Positions 54,816 through 63,990 of a stretch of 64,000 bases of DNA are shown here, one piece after another (positions within the stretch are counted from its first letter, which is position 1; every line of letters begins with the position of its first letter). Under the pieces are notes generated by a model. The model did not search any database. It saw only the letters and a program-made list of their open reading frames with translations, and was not told the DNA's origin. The translations under genes and the position numbers were made by a program. Source of the DNA: Dehalococcoidia bacterium (GTDB lineage: Bacteria; Chloroflexota; Dehalococcoidia; Bin125); the NCBI GenBank assembly GCA_965215375.1, contig CBDCDO010000002.1:1551685-1615684 (forward strand). Reading direction: 5' to 3'.

Positions 54816-55274
54816 ATGCCACAGCGTCGGCGGCTTGAAGACCGACTTCCCGGTCTAGAAGACACCGATTACCAGATCACCAGTCCGCAGACGACGGACT
54901 ATAACTGTATCGGCTGGGCATTGGGAGATTCCGAGCGTTGGTGGTCGCCGGTTCATGGCTTCGGGTCATATTGGCCTACAGGGCTTCCGAGATCACTGGA
55001 GGTCGAAACGTTCATCATGCTGTTCGAGTCGCAAGGGTTCGAACGTTGTGAGACTGAGGACGCGGAGGCAGGCTTCGAGAAAATTGCACTCTTCGCTGAG
55101 AGTGGGTACTTCACCCATGTCGCGCGACAGTTACCGAGTGGTCGCTGGACCAGCAAGCTAGGCAACGACGTCGACATTGAGCACGATTTGCGCGATCTGA
55201 CCCGTCGACGCAGTTTGTTTCCCCTGTATCGTTACGGCGCGGTCGTCGGTGTGATGCGACGACCGCGGCCGTAG
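54816..55274 (+). CDS. hypothetical protein with putative Cys-His-Asp hydrolase-like motif order
   Basis: …TDYNCIGWALGDSERWW… (Cys), …GYFTHVARQL… (His), …DVDIEHDL… (Asp). It starts 2 nt after the previous stop. The ORF-track N-terminal extension (54774) overlaps the upstream gene. Confidence 0.45.
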   Translation: MPQRRRLEDRLPGLEDTDYQITSPQTTDYNCIGWALGDSERWWSPVHGFGSYWPTGLPRSLEVETFIMLFESQGFERCETEDAEAGFEKIALFAESGYFTHVARQLPSGRWTSKLGNDVDIEHDLRDLTRRRSLFPLYRYGAVVGVMRRPRP

Positions 55275-55296
55275 CGAACCTCAGGCGACGAGTGGC

Positions 55297-56205
55297 TTAG
55301 TAGTACTGCCCGCAGTAGTCGAGGTTGGGCTGCACCGGCGTTTCGAAGACTCCATCCAAATCAAAGCTGAGCTCAATGTCCTCCTCGAAGTCCGGCCCAA
55401 AGATCGTGACGTCAAGTGTCTCTGCATTCCTCAGCCAGTGATACACACGCGTTGAGAATTGAGATATGGCCTTGGACGAATTGGCGTCGTTTGAACTCCA
55501 GTCCCTCTGGAGCGTCCATTGCTCTGTCGTCACCTCCCGCGTATCAGCCGGTTTGGGACTGACTCTGTATTCGACAGTGGGGTCACTCGAGTACTCGGAG
55601 GTGAATCCTCTCAGGCCAACTTCAATGACGCCAAGTGCGGCACTGCAGGAAATCCCTAGCCCAAGTACCAAATTACTACCAGTCTGTTGTTGTTCTGGCC
55701 TGATGAAAAGCTCAGTTTCAATCGAAGCGCCTGTTACCCCATAGGGCTCGAACGGAGCAATACTGGTGGTAATGCGGCCGTCGGCATATGTTGCTTCTCC
55801 TTCCTCACGCGCGATCTTGGGCGGCGCATTGGCGTCCTCCAGCGCCTGCTTCGCTGCTTCCAGTTCCGCTTCCGCGGCCGAAAGCTCCGCCCTAACGGTC
55901 GTGAGCTCCGCTTCCAGTGAACTGTCGGGAGACGCGGCTTCAGTCTCCACAGTCAGCGGTGACGAGTTGAGCCAGCGGTCGCTGGATGGATTGGCCGGAA
56001 AGTAGCGCGAGTTTGGCAAGATCCGTTCTGCCCAATCTCCGTCGGTGCGTTGCTGGAGTGCGAACTCGGTCCGACCATCATCGAGCCGCCGAGCGCTGAT
56101 CCTGACCTCGGCGTCGCCGCTGAGGACGTGTGCGGTGGCGTAGCTGGCGATGGCGATAATGCCCAGTAATGCGACTGCCGCAATTGCGACCGTTGAGCGA
56201 GCCAT
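55297..56205 (-). CDS. N-terminally membrane-anchored protein with coiled-coil segment, unknown function
   Basis: TM helix VAIAAVALLGIIAIASYA; an Ala/Glu/Leu-rich coiled coil (…ELTTVRAELSAAEAELEAAKQALEDA…). Confidence 0.5.
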   Translation of the reverse strand: MARSTVAIAAVALLGIIAIASYATAHVLSGDAEVRISARRLDDGRTEFALQQRTDGDWAERILPNSRYFPANPSSDRWLNSSPLTVETEAASPDSSLEAELTTVRAELSAAEAELEAAKQALEDANAPPKIAREEGEATYADGRITTSIAPFEPYGVTGASIETELFIRPEQQQTGSNLVLGLGISCSAALGVIEVGLRGFTSEYSSDPTVEYRVSPKPADTREVTTEQWTLQRDWSSNDANSSKAISQFSTRVYHWLRNAETLDVTIFGPDFEEDIELSFDLDGVFETPVQPNLDYCGQYY

Positions 56206-56345
56206 ATGCTTCCTTTCTCACGCGACAACCGCTGCGGTTGCTTCGTACGTGCGGTCGAAGTATCGGTGAGGGGGAGGGGTATGTCAAGGATGCTCTGCGG
56301 TACCCTGCAGTGAACGACGAGAAATCGCAATATCAGGAGACCAAC

Positions 56346-56828
56346 ATGCCGCCGACTGCTGGAGATTCTTTGCCCGATGCTCGTGGGACCGTTTGGGGTG
56401 AGTCGGGTCCGGGACCGACCTCGCTGAAGGATTTGGTGGGCGACAAGAAGACCGTGATCTTTGGTGTCCCCGGCGCCTTCACACCGACCTGCACCAATGA
56501 CCATCTGCCGACGTTTGCCGCTTCCGCTGACCAGCTTTCCGCTGCCGGGATTGAGCAGACGATCTGCATGTCGACCAACGACATCTTCGTGCTCCAGGCG
56601 TGGAACGCGGCGCATGGTGGCGACCACATCACGATGCTCGCCGATGGCTCGGGCGACATCACGCGGGCGCTCGACATTGGCCTGGACCTGTCGGGACTGG
56701 GCCTCGGATTCCGCTGCACTCGCTTTGCGATGCTGGTCGAGGGCGGTGCGGTCAAGGCGTTCCAGACTGAGGAGAATCCCGGCACGTGCGCGCTGACCTC
56801 AGCAGCGGCGATTCTCGAGCACGCCTAA
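56346..56828 (+). CDS. peroxiredoxin, Prx5-like subfamily
   Basis: …VIFGVPGAFTPTCTNDHLP… is the Prx5 peroxidatic-Cys motif. AGGAG lies 8 nt upstream of the ATG at 56346. Confidence 0.8.
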   Translation: MPPTAGDSLPDARGTVWGESGPGPTSLKDLVGDKKTVIFGVPGAFTPTCTNDHLPTFAASADQLSAAGIEQTICMSTNDIFVLQAWNAAHGGDHITMLADGSGDITRALDIGLDLSGLGLGFRCTRFAMLVEGGAVKAFQTEENPGTCALTSAAAILEHA

Positions 56829-56902
56829 CGAGCGTCTGGTGGTGGGATCCTACGGAGGAGACCGATGGTTGATCCTCCGTCCTCCGATCACTGGGAGCCT
56901 CA

Positions 56903-57092
56903 GGCCTCTCCTTCTGGGGGAGGTGCCCCTCAGGGGCAGAGGGGGCCTCCTGCCCGCTTTGTGGCCTCTGCGGACGAGCCCCCTCAGACGCCTCGCGCCA
57001 GCTCCCCCGAAGAGGGAGCTCTTCCCGCTGGTCGCTCCGACGGAACCCCCTCAATCTCTTCGGGACAGTTCCCCCTGCGAGGGGGAGCAAAG
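56903..57092. repeat. C5/G5 hairpin-cluster element (shares the gttccccctgcgagggggagcaaa module with 11950-11976)
   Basis: ctctccttctgggggaggtgcccctcaggggcagagggggcctcctgcccgc … cagttccccctgcgagggggagcaaagtcgag. It inflates the 5' end of ORF 56865..57617. Confidence 0.6.
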
Positions 57093-57191
57093 TCGAGTGC
57101 TGGTCTCTCGGAGGATGGGGGCGCGTGCCCCATTTCGGGCGCGGCAGATCTGCGGAGCAAGGACTCGGAGGCGCTCACTCGGTATCCGGGT

Positions 57192-57617
57192 GTGCGCAGT
57201 GCTCATACGTATCAGGCCTCTTGGTATAACAACGCGACATTTGTGTTTCCGCTGATCGCGGTGATCATCGCCGCGATTGTTTGGTTGGTCACCGGCAGCG
57301 CTGAGGCTGGCGGCGCGGCGATCTTCTTCCTCGTTGTCACCGGAGCGATGTTGCCGGTCGTGTTCATCACCTGGCAGCGACAGACGACCGCCGTGATCGT
57401 CCACGATGACGGCGTGACAGCGCTTCACGTGGGACTCGAACAGCAGACGATCGCTTGGGACGAGCTGCGCAGCGTGCGGCGTGTGGAGACGATGGGCAAC
57501 GTGCGGTGGTATCTCGACGGTTCGGGCGAGGAGCACATCGTGATCGAGGGTGAGATCGCCGAGCGGGAGGAGTTGCTGACCGCGGCACGGGCGGAGTTCG
57601 AGCGTCGGGGCGAGTAG
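57192..57617 (+). CDS. small membrane protein (two TM helices + soluble C-terminal domain), start uncertain
   Basis: …FVFPLIAVIIAAIVWLVTGSAEAGGAAIFFLVVTGAMLPVVFITW… followed by a ~90-aa soluble region. The upstream part of the ORF is repeat sequence. Confidence 0.35.
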   Translation: MRSAHTYQASWYNNATFVFPLIAVIIAAIVWLVTGSAEAGGAAIFFLVVTGAMLPVVFITWQRQTTAVIVHDDGVTALHVGLEQQTIAWDELRSVRRVETMGNVRWYLDGSGEEHIVIEGEIAEREELLTAARAEFERRGE

Positions 57618-57647
57618 GACGCGCCGCGCACGCGGCAGCGGTAAACG

Positions 57648-58163
57648 CTAGCCGCCGGGTGTTGGTGGACCGTCGGGTGTGTTGAGGGTGGGTCGTGACT
57701 CCGCGGGGAGCGCTATTGCCGAGACGGCCGTTTCGCCGTCGTCGTCGAGGATGACGGTGACTGCGGCTCCTGAGCCGATGCTCGCTGGATCGACGAGCTC
57801 CAGGCGGAGGAGGAAGGTCGTTTCATCGGTGAGGCGGATTTCGGCGCGGCCGGTCGGGGTATCGATCAGGAGTTTGCCGCCCGAGACCGAGATCACGCGT
57901 CCGGTCAGGATCTGTCGTCCTTGCAGACCCTCGGCGTTTCCGAATGGGCTCAGCTGGCTCGCGCCGAGCAGCAGTGCGGTGTTGGGGTATTCGGAGTCGT
58001 CGATCTCGACTTGTAGGCGTCCGGCGACCACGCTGTCGGCGATGACCACGTCTTCCGCGGACGGCTGCGGCGCGACGATGTCGGAGCCGACGAACCAGCC
58101 ACCGACTCCAGCCCCTGCGAGGACTGCGAGCGTGGTGAGCCATCCGAGCAGTCGCTGTCTCAT
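57648..58163 (-). CDS. signal-anchored secreted protein, unknown
   Basis: N-terminal TM/signal MRQRLLGWLTTLAVLAGAGVGGWFVG; beta-rich. Confidence 0.5.
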   Translation of the reverse strand: MRQRLLGWLTTLAVLAGAGVGGWFVGSDIVAPQPSAEDVVIADSVVAGRLQVEIDDSEYPNTALLLGASQLSPFGNAEGLQGRQILTGRVISVSGGKLLIDTPTGRAEIRLTDETTFLLRLELVDPASIGSGAAVTVILDDDGETAVSAIALPAESRPTLNTPDGPPTPGG

Positions 58164-58183
58164 GTCGCTATCGCTTCGCTGCT

Positions 58184-58639
58184 CTATCGCTGTGCGTCGG
58201 CGAGGATCGCGTCGGCGACGTCGTCGCCGGTGATCACCTGTCCTGCGGGGATGATCACGATGCCGGTGGTGATGAAGCTGTTGACGTTGTCGTCGGTGCC
58301 GCCGATGGCGACATAATCGCCGGGGTGTACCTGATCGGTCCAGATGGGAAGCATCGCTTCGACCACGGAATTGTCGTCGAAGCGGATGGTGTAGGGCGAG
58401 TCACCAGCGCGGACGATCCATGCGTCGCCCGAGCGCTCGGTCACGAATCCATTGAGGTCGCCGGCGGGTGCGCCGTCACTGCCGACGCGTCCCTGTTTGT
58501 CGAGGTCGTAGACGCGGACGACGTCTTGCTTCTCGGGCGCGCCCCATTGGAAGCCCGCGCCGAGCGCGGCGCCGAACACGATCGCGGCGATCGGAATGAT
58601 GAGCAAGCGCGTGGCGAATCTGCTGAGTCGACTTCGCAT
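58184..58639 (-). CDS. signal-anchored secreted protein, unknown (distant paralog of 57648..58163)
   Basis: N-terminal TM/signal …RLLIIPIAAIVFGAALGAGF; similar size and architecture to its neighbour. Confidence 0.5.
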   Translation of the reverse strand: MRSRLSRFATRLLIIPIAAIVFGAALGAGFQWGAPEKQDVVRVYDLDKQGRVGSDGAPAGDLNGFVTERSGDAWIVRAGDSPYTIRFDDNSVVEAMLPIWTDQVHPGDYVAIGGTDDNVNSFITTGIVIIPAGQVITGDDVADAILADAQR

Positions 58640-58771
58640 CAGGCTGGTTCCTTCACCCGTTCAAGGGGAGCGGGCATTGGCGTGGAATGTCCTGTGACAC
58701 AGAGAGGGCGGACCGTGGTCCGCCCTCTCTGGTGTGTGTTCGCCAAGGTCTCTTGGACGTCGTGATGCCGG

Positions 58772-60868
58772 CTAGACAGCCAGCGCGTCAGCGACGTCGG
58801 CGAGGCCGATGGACTCGAGCTTCTCGCGGCTCGGGAGGCAGCTTTCGGTGTCCCAACCGCAGGCGCTGAGGAAGTCGGTCTCGAGCGTTTCGATGTCGAG
58901 CACGACGTCGGCCAGCGGGCCGGTCTTCTGGACGGTGCCTTCGCCACCCCAGAGTCGCGGCGGGGCGAAGCGCTGGCGCGGGTTGTCGCCCTCGCGGACC
59001 GTGAAGGCCATTCGCAGGTTGGCGATGCGCTCGCCGGAGCGCTGCAGGTCCTCACCGGAGAGGTCCCAACCGGTGACCGCGTTGATCCACTGCGGGAAGC
59101 GGTCGGTCGGCGCGGCCATCATGATGAATTGGCACATGCCGGTCGAGTTGGAGATGTGCATGTACTCGGACGCGCCCTTGTGGTGCTCGCCGCGGTTCTC
59201 GTAGTCCTTGAAGTCGCGCGGTGCGGCGGGGTACTCGGGGCCGCCGTAGCGGGAGTTGCCCTCGTACTGCGTGTGACGCGCGGGGGTCGGGTCGAGCTTG
59301 TAGGTCGTCCAGTACTCGGGCTGGAGCTTGGCGTCGTGCATCGGCAGTTCCTGGCCACCGACGTCGGTGCGGAACTCCTGCGCGCGGCTGTCGCCGTTCT
59401 TGGCATCGATCTTCTCGGCTGCGACCTTCATGCCATCGGCGAGGGTGTCGCCGAAGCCTTCGCGCTTGCCGATCATGTGGAGCATTTCCATGATGCCGTC
59501 GTCGTTGGACCAGGTCAGCTCGACGCCGCCGGTGTCCTCGAGGTCGACCAGACCGTTCTCGAAGCACTCGATGGCGAAGGAGATCGTGGTGCCGGCGCCG
59601 ATCGTGTCGAGGCCGTACTCGTTGCACCAGTGGTTGGCGGCCTGCAGCATGTCGATGTTGCAGGACAGGTTCATGGTGCCGAAGGAGGCGACGGTCTCGT
59701 ACTCGGCGCGGTGAGTGTCGACCGGGTACTTGAAGACGCCCTTCTCGTGCTCGGCCTCGGCGAGACCGGCGGCGGGGGTGCCGTGCGGCGACTCGATCGA
59801 CTCGGCGCCACAGGCCATCGGGCAGCGCCAGCAGCCGTAGCTCTTGGCAGGCTTGTTGACCAGTTCACCCTGTCGGTTGCGACGCTTCGCTTGGGGACCC
59901 ATGGGGCCCATTTCGATCTCGTCGTAGTCGTGGGTCATTCGGTAGGCGTTGAAGACCGGGCCGGCCATCTGGTTGACGGTGTCCTGGTCGAGCACCTCGA
60001 CGCCGACGGCGCCCCAGTTGCGGACCGGCGAGTCGCCGTTGTGGGCGGAGCCGGTGCTGATCCCGGTGGTGCCGAAGGTGGCGAAGAAGTCGCGCAGCGG
60101 CGCGATGAACTCGTCACGCGACTGACGGGCGAGCGCGCGGATGTCGGTGTCCTGGGAGAGCATGTTCTCACGCGGGGCACCCTTGACGACGACGGCCTTG
60201 ACCTTCTTGGAGCCCATCACGGCGCCGACGCCGGAGCGGGCGGCGAGACGGCCGTGCTCGTTGCAGATGCCGGCGAGGTAGGAGAGCTGCTCGCCCGAGG
60301 GGCCGATGCAAGCGACCGAGGTCTTCTTGCCGAACTTCTCTTTGAAGGCGTTCTCGACCTCGATGGCGCCCAGTCCCCAGTACTCGGAGGCGTCCTCGAT
60401 CGAGACGTCGTCGCCGTCGATCAGGATGTAGACGGGGCTGTCGGACTGGCCGTAGAAGAGGATGCCGTCCCAGCCGGCGAACTTCAGGTAGGGACCGAAG
60501 TCTCCGCCGCAATTGGCGTCGCCCCAGCCGCCGGTCGAGGGCGACTTGCAGACGGCCTGGAAGCGGTTGCCGAAGATCGGCGTGCCGGTGAGCAGACCGG
60601 GGAGCAGGCCGAGGACGTTGTCCGGGCCCATCGGGTCGGCGCCGGCGGGGATGCGGTCGAAGAGCAGTCGCGCACCGATGCCGTAACCACCGAGGTAGTC
60701 CTTATACATCTGCTCGGGGATGTCTTCACGCTCGACGTTGCCGTCACCGAGGTGGACGTTGATGATTTTACCGTTGTAGGCGACTTCGTCTGGGCTCCAC
60801 TCGCGTCCGGCGAACGGGTCGGTCGCTTCTGTTGCTTCGGCGGTCTCTGCGCCCGGAACATTGGCCAT
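58772..60868 (-). CDS. aldehyde:ferredoxin oxidoreductase (tungsten/molybdopterin AOR family)
   Basis: The N-terminal AFOR_N (…MYKDYLGGYGIGARLLFDRIP…GNRFQAVCKSPSTGGW…) and C-terminal AFOR_C domains are recognisable over 698 aa. Confidence 0.85.
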   Translation of the reverse strand: MANVPGAETAEATEATDPFAGREWSPDEVAYNGKIINVHLGDGNVEREDIPEQMYKDYLGGYGIGARLLFDRIPAGADPMGPDNVLGLLPGLLTGTPIFGNRFQAVCKSPSTGGWGDANCGGDFGPYLKFAGWDGILFYGQSDSPVYILIDGDDVSIEDASEYWGLGAIEVENAFKEKFGKKTSVACIGPSGEQLSYLAGICNEHGRLAARSGVGAVMGSKKVKAVVVKGAPRENMLSQDTDIRALARQSRDEFIAPLRDFFATFGTTGISTGSAHNGDSPVRNWGAVGVEVLDQDTVNQMAGPVFNAYRMTHDYDEIEMGPMGPQAKRRNRQGELVNKPAKSYGCWRCPMACGAESIESPHGTPAAGLAEAEHEKGVFKYPVDTHRAEYETVASFGTMNLSCNIDMLQAANHWCNEYGLDTIGAGTTISFAIECFENGLVDLEDTGGVELTWSNDDGIMEMLHMIGKREGFGDTLADGMKVAAEKIDAKNGDSRAQEFRTDVGGQELPMHDAKLQPEYWTTYKLDPTPARHTQYEGNSRYGGPEYPAAPRDFKDYENRGEHHKGASEYMHISNSTGMCQFIMMAAPTDRFPQWINAVTGWDLSGEDLQRSGERIANLRMAFTVREGDNPRQRFAPPRLWGGEGTVQKTGPLADVVLDIETLETDFLSACGWDTESCLPSREKLESIGLADVADALAV

Positions 60869-61147
60869 GGGGTCACTTCCTCAATCTGACTGAAATCTCT
60901 GCTGACGTAGTCCACGCACGATCCGTCGTGGTTCGCGTGAACTTTCACATAGCCTAGCGAATCACCGTTCTGAGCGCTATGCAACACAGCCCGAGGCGGA
61001 ATGTGGACGAGGATTTATTTCGCGTAGCGCGAACTGTCTTCGACGCGTAGCCTGCACTTGATCGAAGTGAGTCGGAGTGAGGACGCGGTTGATGTCGGAT
61101 TGCGATCGAGACGACGCACGGTCGCTCGCGCAGCGAATGCAACGGGC

Positions 61148-62560
61148 ATGAGACAACTGCAGGGTACATTTGCGGCGTTCGTGGTCCGCGACTTTCGCTT
61201 CATGTGGGGCGGATCGCTGCTGTCGGTGACGGCGTTCATGACGTCGTTCTCGCTGATTCCATCTGTGGCCTACGAGCTCACCGGCAGCTACGCCGCTGCG
61301 GGGATCGCGATGCTGGGTTCGGGCGTCTCGCAGACGCTGCTCGGGCCGATCGGCGGCGTGATCGCAGACCGATATCGGAAGAAACCGCTGGTGATGGTCG
61401 GTCAGGCGATGCCTGGCATCCTTTTGGGCGCGCTGGGCACGTTGATCGTCACCGATTTGATTTCGGTGCCGCTGCTGGTCGTCGCGACGCTGGTCATGGG
61501 CGCGGGATTTTCGCTGATGGGTCCCGCACGTCAGGCGTGGACCGGATTTATCGTCCCGCGTCGGCTGTTGCCCAATGCGGTCGCGTTGCAACAGATGTCG
61601 ATGAATACCGGGCAAGTGCTCGGTCCGATGCTGATTTCGCTATTCGCGTTGGTCATGGCTCTCGAGGGCAGGAACACGGGAATCTTGTTCCTCGTCGTCG
61701 CGTCGTTCTTCGCGATCGTGGTTCCAATGACCGCGTCGATTCGCACCGAGGGTCCGGCCACGCCGGTGGAGAAGCGTCGCGCGCTGCGGGTCGAGCTTGC
61801 GGAGGGCTTCAACTACCTCCGTCGCAACCCGCGCCTGCGCATTCTGTGGTTGTACTTCCTACTGATCGTTGCATGTGGCTGGGGATTCCAGACGCTGCTG
61901 CCGGGCGTCCTTGACCAAGAGTTCGGACGCGCGCCCACGGACGTGGGTCCGACGTTCATGATCTTTGGGGTGGCCTCGCTGTTGGTCAACGTGCTGTTGG
62001 CCGGTGCGGTCTCTGGTCGTTGGGCATGGCATCTGTTGATGATCATGGGCGTGGTGATGGCCATCGGCTTCTGGCTAGTGGCGATCGCGCCCAGTTACGG
62101 CGCGTTCCTGATTCTGGGCGCAGTGCTCGGTGCCGGCCGATCGGGCACGATGCTGATCAATCAGTCGTTGATGATGGCCAACACGAAGCCCGATTACTTC
62201 GGTCGGGTGATGTCATTCGCGATGATGGCGTTCGGCTTTCAGGCTTTGTTCGGCCCGGTGTGGGGTGCTGTCGCCGACGTGATCGGTGGACCCGAAACGA
62301 TGGCGATGATCGGCATGATCGCGGCCGGCGCCACGGTGATCATGCTGATCGGTTGGTTACGCACCCGTCACCTGCCGCTTGAAGTTGGAACCGCGGCTGA
62401 GAGTATGGGTCCGAGACAGGCACCGACGGTGCAACGACCGGCTCCCGGTATCGCTTCCGCAAACGGCGCGAGTGGAACCACTGGTGTCCTGCCGGAGCCG
62501 GTGTTCGTCGCTCAGCTTGCGCCCGTCGTGTTGATGGATCCACAGAAGGCGCAACGATGA
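61148..62560 (+). CDS. MFS transporter (EntS/enterobactin-exporter-like subfamily)
   Basis: 12 predicted TM helices; …GGVIADRYRKKPLVMVGQ… motif. The start is the ATG at 61148. Confidence 0.85.
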   Translation: MRQLQGTFAAFVVRDFRFMWGGSLLSVTAFMTSFSLIPSVAYELTGSYAAAGIAMLGSGVSQTLLGPIGGVIADRYRKKPLVMVGQAMPGILLGALGTLIVTDLISVPLLVVATLVMGAGFSLMGPARQAWTGFIVPRRLLPNAVALQQMSMNTGQVLGPMLISLFALVMALEGRNTGILFLVVASFFAIVVPMTASIRTEGPATPVEKRRALRVELAEGFNYLRRNPRLRILWLYFLLIVACGWGFQTLLPGVLDQEFGRAPTDVGPTFMIFGVASLLVNVLLAGAVSGRWAWHLLMIMGVVMAIGFWLVAIAPSYGAFLILGAVLGAGRSGTMLINQSLMMANTKPDYFGRVMSFAMMAFGFQALFGPVWGAVADVIGGPETMAMIGMIAAGATVIMLIGWLRTRHLPLEVGTAAESMGPRQAPTVQRPAPGIASANGASGTTGVLPEPVFVAQLAPVVLMDPQKAQR

Positions 62561-63990
62561 CTCGCGCGTCGAGCCCTCGCCCCAGCCGATTCGGCGGTAC
62601 GTTCGAGTCGCTTGGGCACCGTAACTATCGCTTCCTCTGGACCGGGTCGCTGCTCTCGACGACGGCGTTCATGACGACCTTCCTGCTCGTCCCGGTCGTC
62701 GCGTATGAGATCACGGGATCGTATGCCGCTTCAGGGATCGCCCAGATGGGCTCAGGCTTCTCGATGTTCTTCCTGGGCCCGTTTGGTGGCGTGATCGCCG
62801 ATCGGTATCCCAAGAAACCGCTCGTTCTGGTTGGACAGATCTTTCCCACGCTGCTGATCATCATCACGGGGATCTTGATCGTGACCGGCGCGATCACGGT
62901 CTGGATGTTGTTCCTCTCGACGTTGCTGATGGGCTTTGGGTTTGCGCTAATGGGTCCCGCGCGTCAGGCGTGGCTGGGCGAGCTCGTGCCGCAGCGGTTG
63001 CTCGCTAATGGTGTCGCGCTCCAGCAGATGTCGCAGAATATGGCGCGCGTCTTCGGACCGATGATGGTCGCGGTGTTGCTCGCGGTGTTTGCGTTCAGTA
63101 CTGGGTATCTCTACCTGATCGTGGCGAGCTTCTTCCTGGTCGTGATTCCGCTCACGACGATGCTGCCGCGTACCCGACCGACTCGGCGAGATGACGAGCC
63201 ACCGCGGGTGCTCGCCGAGATGAAGCTCGGGTTTGTCTACCTGCTCCAGAATCCGCGCTTGCGAGTGCTCTGGGTGTTCTGGATGGTGATGGTCGTCTGT
63301 GGCTTCGCGTTCAACACGCTGATGCCGGGATATGTCGAGCGGGAGTTTGGCCGCGACTCGACCGATGCGTTCAATGTCTATCTGGTGTTCGGGATCGCAT
63401 CGTTCCTGTTCAACATTCCCTTGGCTGGGTTGGTCGGCGGACGATGGGGGTGGCCGCTCCTCTTGGTGACCGGATTCGGTTCTGCGGTGTCATTCTTCCT
63501 GGTCGCGGCCGCGCCAGGGTTCGGCGGCGTGTTGCTGATGAGTGTGCTCAACGGAGCCAGCACCTCGGGCGTGATGTTGGTCACGATGTCGCTGATGATG
63601 GCCAACTCGCGGCCCGAGTATTTCGGCCGAGTGATGTCATTCATCACGCTTGGCTACGGCGCGCAATCGATCATGGCTGGCGTGTGGGGCGGCGTCGCGG
63701 ACGCGTTGGGTGGTCGGCAGACCTTCGTGGTGATCGGTGTGATCGCGCTGGCGATCACGGGGTTCATGGTCGTTGCTTGGCTGCGCACGCGACATCTACC
63801 GCTGGAGATCGGGACCGCCGCCGCGGTGACGCAGCCGTCGGCGGCAACGAGCCGGGGTCCGCGGCTTCGTCGCCAGCCGTTGCCTGGGTTCACCGCGCAG
63901 CTCGCGCCTGTGGTCCTGATGGAGGGACAGAAGCCGCCTAGGTCGGCGAGTTTCGCCGGGCTCAGCAAGCTCGCTCGAGGAGGCGACTGA
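62557..63990 (+). CDS. MFS transporter, tandem paralog
   Basis: ATGA overlap with the upstream paralog; …GGVIADRYPKKPLVLVGQ…. Confidence 0.85.
   Translation: MTRASSPRPSRFGGTFESLGHRNYRFLWTGSLLSTTAFMTTFLLVPVVAYEITGSYAASGIAQMGSGFSMFFLGPFGGVIADRYPKKPLVLVGQIFPTLLIIITGILIVTGAITVWMLFLSTLLMGFGFALMGPARQAWLGELVPQRLLANGVALQQMSQNMARVFGPMMVAVLLAVFAFSTGYLYLIVASFFLVVIPLTTMLPRTRPTRRDDEPPRVLAEMKLGFVYLLQNPRLRVLWVFWMVMVVCGFAFNTLMPGYVEREFGRDSTDAFNVYLVFGIASFLFNIPLAGLVGGRWGWPLLLVTGFGSAVSFFLVAAAPGFGGVLLMSVLNGASTSGVMLVTMSLMMANSRPEYFGRVMSFITLGYGAQSIMAGVWGGVADALGGRQTFVVIGVIALAITGFMVVAWLRTRHLPLEIGTAAAVTQPSAATSRGPRLRRQPLPGFTAQLAPVVLMEGQKPPRSASFAGLSKLARGGD

Noticed and set aside
56865-57191. 5' third of ORF 56865..57617 (Pro/Gly/Ser-rich N-terminus)
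   Set aside because: It coincides with the C5/G5 hairpin repeat element, so the apparent coding frame is repeat sequence. The real gene, if any, starts downstream (annotated from 57192 with low confidence).
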